This document shows, piece after piece, positions 56,048 to 62,929 of a DNA stretch of 64,000 nucleotides. Below the pieces are notes generated by a model that saw only the letters and a list, made by a program, of their open reading frames with translations, was not told where the DNA came from and ran no database searches. The position numbers and the translations under genes were made by a program. Position 1 is the stretch's first letter. Each line of letters starts with the position of its first letter. The DNA is from a virus: IMG/VR virus record IMGVR_UViG_3300027969_000042, positions 96,001 through 160,000 of that record; one strand, given 5' to 3'.

Positions 56048-56881
56048 TTAAGATTTTCTATATTTAATCTTTGTTTTACTTATAGAGATTGCTCTATCAA
56101 AAGTTTCTTTTTTTCTATCTAAATAAATAGTTGCATCTTTATAAAAAAATTCATAAAATCTTTCTATGTCACTAAAAGATCCCCAGTCTATAACACTATA
56201 TGTTCCTTTTGGACATCTTATCTTATTCTTTTTTATTCCACAATAATTCACTAATTTATCAACATAGACTTCTATAAAGTCTTTACTACCTGAACATATA
56301 TTTACTTGACCTCTATCAGTTGTATCTCTGGAACCTTCTCTCTTTTTATGTATGGATATACATCCATCACCATCAAATACACCTCTCATAAAGTGACGTT
56401 CTAAATTTTTAGGTATTTCAGGATATCTAACTATCATTGTTTTTACCGGATAAATACCTAAATTAAATAAATCACTTTTCATTTTTTCGGATGTGACGGT
56501 CAAACTACTACAATTACTACCGTCATTTTTAGTAAAAATATTACCTTCAAATTTTATATACTCTTTAAACTTATAAAGTATATCAGTATCTTTTTGTATT
56601 ATACTAACTTGTGGAGTTCTACTATTGATATTACCATCTGCAACTATAAATCCTAAAAAGTATGCTTTGTCTTCTGTATCTATATTTTCAAAGTAATCTT
56701 CATTTAGATTGTACTTTTTAACTTTATTTTTTATAATGTCACCATTATCAATAATTACTTTTTTATAATGTCTATCTGAAATACCATATTCATTTATTAT
56801 GTCCTTTCTTTTAATACCATTTTGTCTTTTAAAAACTATCTCTAGTTCTTCTTCCTTTGTAAGTTCTTTTAATTTTCTCAT
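56048..56881 (-). CDS. Free-standing double-motif LAGLIDADG homing endonuclease
   Basis: KAYFLGFIVADGNI and FMRGVFDGDGCI; ends YLDRKKE.F. Confidence 0.88.
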   Translation of the reverse strand: MRKLKELTKEEELEIVFKRQNGIKRKDIINEYGISDRHYKKVIIDNGDIIKNKVKKYNLNEDYFENIDTEDKAYFLGFIVADGNINSRTPQVSIIQKDTDILYKFKEYIKFEGNIFTKNDGSNCSSLTVTSEKMKSDLFNLGIYPVKTMIVRYPEIPKNLERHFMRGVFDGDGCISIHKKREGSRDTTDRGQVNICSGSKDFIEVYVDKLVNYCGIKKNKIRCPKGTYSVIDWGSFSDIERFYEFFYKDATIYLDRKKETFDRAISISKTKIKYRKS

Positions 56882-56942
56882 ATATTATATATAAAAATTG
56901 TTTAGTTCCCTCCAAAGTAATTTGATAATTTTCATAATTTAT

Positions 56943-56973
56943 TTTGGTATATAATTTTTTTTTATTACTTTTG
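56943..56973 (+). promoter_or_regulatory. Bacteroidota-type sigma70 promoter (TTTG-N19-TACTTTTG)
   Basis: TTTG at 56943-56946, 19-nt spacer, TAnnTTTG at 56966-56973, upstream of ATG 56996. Confidence 0.7.
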
Positions 56974-56995
56974 TCAAGATAAAAAATAGAAAAGT

Positions 56996-58135
56996 ATGCT
57001 TATATATAAAGGGATTGAATACAAACCGGGTAGTAAAGTAATTGCAAATGTAGATGGTATCCAAATTGAAGGTAAAATTCAACAAGAGGACCCATACTAC
57101 TATATTTGTCATAATGAACCCGAAAAATCAGGAAATCAAGCCCACGATAGACTAGGATATAGTTACTCTTGGGCATTTAAGCAAGAAGGTGATGGAACAC
57201 TTACCGATGGTGTTGTTATATTAGGTCTAAATGGTGTTGAAAACTTAAAAGATAAATTTGAAATATCCCAAAAGTTACTTACTTTTTTTCAAAGTAAAAG
57301 AATTGATATTCTTTCGATAGAAGATAAAAGGATGTTTCCAGATTATAATAAGTTTGATATATCAGAAACCAAAGGAATGATTAAATTAGTAGATTCTACA
57401 AAAAATAGAAGTACTGATTTAAAATTTGGAAGATTTTTAAATTCATTCTCTAAACAATATAAAGACACATTTAAAATGGAGTCTTTATTTGATAATAAAA
57501 AAGTAGAGAAAACTCATAATGATTATGTATCATATCAAACTGGTGATCACATTAGAGTAGAGTATTTAACAGGTAAACAAATCTTAGAAGGGTATAAAAG
57601 AGAAAATTATCAAGCATCTAAATCATCATTAGGTGGTTCTTGTATGACAGATAAACTAAGTTATCTAGATCTTTATACAAAAAATCCTAATAAGGTAAGT
57701 ATGGTTGCAATTAAAGTGTTTGATAAATTTGTTGGTAGATGTTTAGTATGGACTACTAATTGTGGGCAAAAGATAATGGACAAACCTTACATTTGTGATG
57801 AATGGGTTTTATCTAAATTTGACGAAGTTAGAGAAAAAGAAGGATATTTATCATTTCAAGATGTTATAAACTCATCAATAAAATTATTTATTGATTTGGA
57901 TACCACTGATATTGATGAATGGCCGTATTTAGATACATTTATGTACTTAACTTTTCATCAAAAGAAAGTTATTGTTGAACAACCAGTAGAAGTTCTTACA
58001 TTAAATCTATTTAATCGTAAAACAGAGGTGTTAGAAGATGATTATTCTAAAGGTATATTACAATCTTATCCACCAAACGGTTATTCTATGAGACTTAGAG
58101 CAACTAATGGTAGATATGAAGATAATAGAAATTAA
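56996..58135 (+). CDS. Conserved phage protein (SCM...GRCLVW family), paralog of 43773-44837
   Basis: DLKFGRFL, LGGSCM, GRCLVW, MDKPY and WPYLDT. Confidence 0.75.
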   Translation: MLIYKGIEYKPGSKVIANVDGIQIEGKIQQEDPYYYICHNEPEKSGNQAHDRLGYSYSWAFKQEGDGTLTDGVVILGLNGVENLKDKFEISQKLLTFFQSKRIDILSIEDKRMFPDYNKFDISETKGMIKLVDSTKNRSTDLKFGRFLNSFSKQYKDTFKMESLFDNKKVEKTHNDYVSYQTGDHIRVEYLTGKQILEGYKRENYQASKSSLGGSCMTDKLSYLDLYTKNPNKVSMVAIKVFDKFVGRCLVWTTNCGQKIMDKPYICDEWVLSKFDEVREKEGYLSFQDVINSSIKLFIDLDTTDIDEWPYLDTFMYLTFHQKKVIVEQPVEVLTLNLFNRKTEVLEDDYSKGILQSYPPNGYSMRLRATNGRYEDNRN

Positions 58136-58164
58136 AAAAAGCTTAGAGAAATCTAAGCTTTTTT
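58135..58164. terminator. Bidirectional intrinsic terminator
   Basis: AAAAAAGCTTAGA-GAAA-TCTAAGCTTTTTT. Confidence 0.85.
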
Positions 58165-58662
58165 GTCTTTAAATAAAACATCAAAAAGATTTGGTTTTTT
58201 AACACCATTTAATTCACTTCTTATATCCATTAGAAGTTTACCTAATTTATTTTTACCTTTACCAACACACTTTTCACAAGTACATTGACCCCAGAAATTA
58301 TCGTGCCAATAATTTCCCTCAATAATAGTAACATCACCGGTTGAAAGTAACATTTCTTTTAATGCTTCATCTTTGAACTTTTCTTTAACTGCCCATTCCA
58401 TAAATCCAAATTTCTTTGAATCCCACTCTGAACGTACTTTTATAACCTTACCTAATTGTTTTGCCTTACCAGGTGCCATATTAGAAACTAGTTCTCTAAA
58501 ATCAGCAGATGTATAGTATTTACCATCAATCATTTGATCATTGTTACACTTCATTGCAACATAATATGTCTCAACACTATTATAAGTAATACCTTGGTAT
58601 TCTATTTTACACGGATAGAAGTTTGATAGAAATCCATATCTACCATCAAATTTTGTTATCAT
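58153..58662 (-). CDS. NADAR family protein (YbiA/DUF1768, T4 gp30.3-like)
   Basis: FLSNFY, SVETYY.A.K, LLSTGD..IIEGNYWHDNFWG and GKNKLGKLLM.IR. Confidence 0.9.
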   Translation of the reverse strand: MITKFDGRYGFLSNFYPCKIEYQGITYNSVETYYVAMKCNNDQMIDGKYYTSADFRELVSNMAPGKAKQLGKVIKVRSEWDSKKFGFMEWAVKEKFKDEALKEMLLSTGDVTIIEGNYWHDNFWGQCTCEKCVGKGKNKLGKLLMDIRSELNGVKKPNLFDVLFKDKKA

Positions 58663-58679
58663 AATTTTATATATTTATA

Positions 58680-58709
58680 AAAAAACCCACTCATTGAGTG
58701 GGTTTTTTT
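58680..58709 (-). terminator. Intrinsic terminator directly 3' of tmRNA
   Basis: AAAAAACCCACTCA-T-TGAGTGGGTTTTTTT. Confidence 0.85.
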
Positions 58710-58713
58710 GTTG

Positions 58714-59090
58714 TGGAGATGACGTTGTACTGCCCAACGTGTCTTTCTCAGTTAAAAATAACTATTCGTTTACAGGTTTAGTAAGTTTTTCTAAGTCTTA
58801 CAAAATAATTAGTTTTTGAATCTCAAACTACTAATAAAAAGGTTTCACTTTTAAACTGGTGACCACAGCTGTAGAATTTTTGGTGTATTAGTCTTATTTG
58901 ATTAAGCTACTACTAAATCTCTATTAGAGATCAAATTGTTTTGTAAGCAAGCTACTAAATCTTCACTTGTTCCTACTTGATTAACGTTGCCGTTTAAAAT
59001 TGTATCAACTAATTTATTAATCGGTCATTGTAGACCACCCGATACCTGCATAATCACTCTTAGTCCGCAAATCAATTCTGAAACACCCCC
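58714..59090 (-). ncRNA. ssrA: tmRNA (one-piece, ~377 nt)
   Basis: 5' GGGGGUG pairs with 3' CAUCUCC-A, including G3.U70. T-arm ACGUUG-GGCAGUA-CAACGU. Internal tag ORF 58991-58902 GNVNQVGTSEDLVACLQNNLISNRDLVVA*. CCA is not encoded (CAA follows). Confidence 0.92.
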
Positions 59091-59157
59091 AAGTTGTTAT
59101 TGTTTATATATTAGATAAAAAAAGCCAAAAAGTTTAGTTTTTGACTTTATTTTTTTA

Positions 59158-60435
59158 TTATTCCAGAACGTTATCAGTAAACCACTTAATAACTAGTTCT
59201 TTTGGTATCACATCACCATAATACTCTGTATATTCTTCACCACCTTTTTTAATGACATATGATGTATCATCGGTGTTTATACTATCAAAGTATTTAACAT
59301 ACTCTTCAAAGCTCTTAAAACGCATCCCTAATACACTGACCGAGTCGTCATTAAAGATCATCATCTTATAATCATCTGGACTAATATCAATACCAAATAG
59401 GTTACCTAAATATGTATTTAATTTCTTAACATCTTTAAAATCAAATCTAACATCTTTCTGACCTTCGATTTGAACTAAAATATCATCTAAAATTGTTACT
59501 TTAATATCAACATCTTCAAACCAAGTATTAAATACAAGTGTATCTGTATTATATGTATCATACTCTAATGTATTTGTGTGAAGTAAGTCATATTTATTTA
59601 AAATACTTTTAACTTCTTTTACAACACTCTTATTAGAGAAACGATGTCTTGGTGCAATTTTATATTTTGGTTCAAAATAAGTTACTTTTCTTTCAGTTGG
59701 TAGGTTCTCCCAATCAATTTTACAAGCAGCTTCTGCAACTTTTTTAGTATAAGATAAATCTACATACTCTGTTTTATAGTGTTCATTCCATCCACCTGCA
59801 CTAATATTAGTACATTCTGGAATAATATCTAAGAAAGTGGCAGTATCTGTATAATAAGCATTTGGGTCTGGTTTAGACTCAACACCTAAATTGGTTAGTT
59901 CATCTGATAAAGCATCTGCAAAATCAATAGAACAACAAAATCTACCTTTCTGTCTTAGAACAACAGAACCGGTTTGTTTTCTATCAAATGCAACTGCTCT
60001 TTTAAATTTTTTGAAGAATTCTGGGTTTGCTTTTAAAGCATTTTGTGACCCCCATAAACCACCACTTAAAATTGGCTCTTCTCCTAAGAAGAAATAATAA
60101 GTTCCAGGTATTCCTTTAGAAATCATATATAATAAAATAGACATTCCTAATTTATTATCACCACCTAATATGGTTGTTTCATCAGTTTTAATAATATCAC
60201 CTTCAATAACGTGATTTACCTTTTCATATTTAGTACAATAAGTATCTAAGTGAGTTGTAAATAATGTTTCTGAATTACCTAGTTGAATATAATAGTTGCC
60301 AATAGAATCTTTTTTATATCCTTTTGGTAGATATTTTTCTAATTTGGTTTCATCACCATAAGGAATTGTATATTCAGTTAGTTTCAAAAAAGTATCCTTT
60401 ATATCTAAAGGATTTATACTTTCATTTTTTGCCAT
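59158..60435 (-). CDS. M28/M20-like zinc peptidase-fold protein
   Basis: FTTHLDT, LGGDNKLG, FFLGEE, AFDRK, YTDTA and GWNEH. TATATTTG upstream at 60453-60460. Confidence 0.8.
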   Translation of the reverse strand: MAKNESINPLDIKDTFLKLTEYTIPYGDETKLEKYLPKGYKKDSIGNYYIQLGNSETLFTTHLDTYCTKYEKVNHVIEGDIIKTDETTILGGDNKLGMSILLYMISKGIPGTYYFFLGEEPILSGGLWGSQNALKANPEFFKKFKRAVAFDRKQTGSVVLRQKGRFCCSIDFADALSDELTNLGVESKPDPNAYYTDTATFLDIIPECTNISAGGWNEHYKTEYVDLSYTKKVAEAACKIDWENLPTERKVTYFEPKYKIAPRHRFSNKSVVKEVKSILNKYDLLHTNTLEYDTYNTDTLVFNTWFEDVDIKVTILDDILVQIEGQKDVRFDFKDVKKLNTYLGNLFGIDISPDDYKMMIFNDDSVSVLGMRFKSFEEYVKYFDSINTDDTSYVIKKGGEEYTEYYGDVIPKELVIKWFTDNVLE

Positions 60436-60465
60436 AATTGTTTAATTTTTTACAAATATACAAAA

Positions 60466-61053
60466 TTAAAATGGACTTTCATCATCTTCTCCAAAATCTT
60501 CATCAGTATCATCATTTAATCCTTCATCATAATAGAATCCAAATTCTAAGGTTTGACCTCTTTGATTTTCCCACATATCAAATTCTGAATCATATTGAGG
60601 TAATATATCCATTTTTAATTTATTTAAAAGATCAAAAACATTTATTACATCACTTAATCTTTCTCTATGACCCATAGAACATCTAATAGATAAATCTAAA
60701 TTATCATTAGTAATAGATACATTTTCAATACCTTTATTTTTAAACATACCTCTTAATAGATATTTTAAGTGTTCCATATCATCATCTTCAATATCTTCAT
60801 CACTTAAATCTGGATCTCTATCACCATCTTTATTATCATAATGATCAAAGTTATGAGCTATTCCACCATAATACTCACTATCATAAAAATCTTCATCATC
60901 ATCAGATATTTCACCAGACATATCAAAACGAGATGGTAAAGAGTTACTCTTTTTTCTAGAACCACCTGCCCAATCATCATTCCAATCTTGATCTGTACCT
61001 TCCCAGGCATCATCATCAACTCTTTCTATAAATCTTTTATACTTTTGTATCAT
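60466..61053 (-). CDS. Acidic hypothetical protein with capsid-targeting-like N-terminus
   Basis: Starts MIQKYKRFIER; D/E-rich. Confidence 0.75.
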   Translation of the reverse strand: MIQKYKRFIERVDDDAWEGTDQDWNDDWAGGSRKKSNSLPSRFDMSGEISDDDEDFYDSEYYGGIAHNFDHYDNKDGDRDPDLSDEDIEDDDMEHLKYLLRGMFKNKGIENVSITNDNLDLSIRCSMGHRERLSDVINVFDLLNKLKMDILPQYDSEFDMWENQRGQTLEFGFYYDEGLNDDTDEDFGEDDESPF

Positions 61054-61054
61054 A

Positions 61055-62431
61055 TTATTTTAATTCTATTTTGATGGTTGTTTCGTCAAAAACAACGTAA
61101 GGGTCTGCGGTTCTGTGCTTATATAATAAACCTTGTACTTGTGATAATGTATCAAAGATAGTTTTAACATCAGCAAGATCTAAATCTATTTTAATAAATA
61201 TTTTATCTTGAACACCAACTACTTTAACATCTAAACCAAATATAGATTTTTTAACAGTATCAATTAAAGTTTTATGTTTTCTTAATAATTCTTCATTTAT
61301 ACCTACTTTTCTTACAGCTGGTAATTGTGACCAATTTACTTTTAAAGAAGCTTTTGCCAATTTCTCTAAATAAGTCATATTTTGTATCTCTCTAAATGTA
61401 TGCTCGTTATTATATCCAACCGATACGTTAGTACATTCTGATATATCATCAATAAATGATGCAGAATCCGTAAATACTCCCGTTGGATCAGTAGATAAAT
61501 TTAATCCACTTTTATTATATTCTTTACAAAGTGCGGTAGCAAATTCATTTGAACAACAAACTCTACCATATTGAGAAGTAATAACCGAACCGGTTTTTCT
61601 TCTATCAAAAGAAACACATTTTTTAACATTTTTTAGAAACTCAAATGAACTATATTCACTTGCCAAATCTCTTGAACCAATACCACCTCTTTCTTCCCCA
61701 ATAAAGAAGTAATAAATACCTGGTATTTTGTTTTCCATCATATATAACATTACTGCTACTCCTGCTTTATCATCTGCACCTAATATAGAAGTACCATCAG
61801 TATAAATATACTCATCACCATCTTCTATTTTTGATAATAATTTAGTAGGTAATTGAGATCTATCTGCAGTATCTAAGTGAGATGTAAACATTGTAGTATC
61901 ATCTCCTGCGATTACTTTATAATAATTACCAAATTTATCTAATTCTAGGTCTGGTAAAAACTCTAAAACCTCAGTTTCGTGACCCATAGGATAAGTTTTT
62001 GTTACCAATGATAAGAATGTTGAACGAACATCTTTAGGATTATAAACAAATGGTTTATGTTCAATTGGTGTACCAACTGGTTGTACTGCAACTTTTACTC
62101 CTTTTTTAAGATTTACAATTGTAGTAGAGAATTTTCTAATACTTTCTTCATCATAAACACCCGGAAAATAACTTCTCAAAAATGTTCCAATTTTGATATA
62201 TTGTCTTCTTCCACCTATTATAGCATCAAAGAAATAATCTGAATCAGAGATATCCAATCTTGATATATTCATATCATTCGCATATTTAGACCTAGGATCT
62301 GCCATCCAGTTAAGTTCATATGCAATATAATCATCATGATCATCTTCCATTGTAGTTAGAAGTTTTACTAACCTAGCAGAAAATGCAATCTTTATTTCAT
62401 CTTCATATTTCATTTTATAATCATTTGCCAT
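61055..62431 (-). CDS. M28/M20-like zinc peptidase-fold protein with extra N-terminal domain
   Basis: FTSHLDT, LGADDKAG, FFIGEERGGIGS, SFDRR, FTDS and GYNNEH. N-terminal IKIGTFL segment. Confidence 0.8.
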   Translation of the reverse strand: MANDYKMKYEDEIKIAFSARLVKLLTTMEDDHDDYIAYELNWMADPRSKYANDMNISRLDISDSDYFFDAIIGGRRQYIKIGTFLRSYFPGVYDEESIRKFSTTIVNLKKGVKVAVQPVGTPIEHKPFVYNPKDVRSTFLSLVTKTYPMGHETEVLEFLPDLELDKFGNYYKVIAGDDTTMFTSHLDTADRSQLPTKLLSKIEDGDEYIYTDGTSILGADDKAGVAVMLYMMENKIPGIYYFFIGEERGGIGSRDLASEYSSFEFLKNVKKCVSFDRRKTGSVITSQYGRVCCSNEFATALCKEYNKSGLNLSTDPTGVFTDSASFIDDISECTNVSVGYNNEHTFREIQNMTYLEKLAKASLKVNWSQLPAVRKVGINEELLRKHKTLIDTVKKSIFGLDVKVVGVQDKIFIKIDLDLADVKTIFDTLSQVQGLLYKHRTADPYVVFDETTIKIELK

Positions 62432-62464
62432 TTAAAATGTTTTTATTTTTATTATATATTAAAA

Positions 62465-62857
62465 TTATATAGTGACTTCGTGTGCATTTTTATAATCAAC
62501 CATAACTTGACCATCATTCATACCTGGTTTTTTACTAACAAATCTACGTTTACAGTAAACTACAGTTGCTTTATCAGTACCTTTTGCCTTACTATTATCT
62601 TTTGCAATTTCAGCAAATCTTCTAATTAATTCAGGAGTTGGTATATTATCTCTAACAATGATAACAACATGACTTCCAGGAACACCTTTTACGTGCATCC
62701 ATATATCGTCATTATCAGCAACATTAAACGTTAGATGGTCATTAGACTTTGCATCTTTACCCAGATGTACTAAAAATCCATCAATTTCCATCTTCTTAAT
62801 ATTTGGAAACTTATCTTTCTTGGATTCATTAAACTGTGAATATTTCTTTAATCTCAT
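62465..62857 (-). CDS. Stand-alone NFACT RNA-binding (DUF814) domain protein
   Basis: GKDAKSNDHLT....DDIWMHVKGVPGSHVVI...A.IA..NSK....V.Y..RRFVSK..G...GQV. Likely start MRLKKYSQFNES at 62857. Confidence 0.88.
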   Translation of the reverse strand: MRLKKYSQFNESKKDKFPNIKKMEIDGFLVHLGKDAKSNDHLTFNVADNDDIWMHVKGVPGSHVVIIVRDNIPTPELIRRFAEIAKDNSKAKGTDKATVVYCKRRFVSKKPGMNDGQVMVDYKNAHEVTI

Positions 62858-62882
62858 AATGTATATATTATTTATATAAAAC

Positions 62883-62910
62883 AAAAAAAGACCCAATTGG
62901 GTCTTTTTTT
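62883..62910 (-). terminator. Intrinsic terminator after capsid gene
   Basis: AAAAAAAGACCC-AATT-GGGTCTTTTTTT. Confidence 0.85.
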
Positions 62911-62929
62911 GAAATATTATAACTAATAA

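Noticed and set aside
56048-56881. LAGLIDADG as an intein or intron ORF within dam
   Set aside because: dam has an intact N-terminus with its own ATG. The endonuclease has its own start and promoter-like motif and lacks intein Cys/His-Asn ends.
38105-56915. GGAAC 12-13 nt upstream of the ATATATA box before both homing endonuclease genes
   Set aside because: Only two instances with slightly different spacing, which is insufficient to claim a motif.
58714-59090. tRNA-Ala gene
   Set aside because: The Ala-type acceptor and T-arm are separated by ~300 nt containing a tag ORF and there is no anticodon arm, so this is tmRNA. No standard tRNA was recognised in the window.
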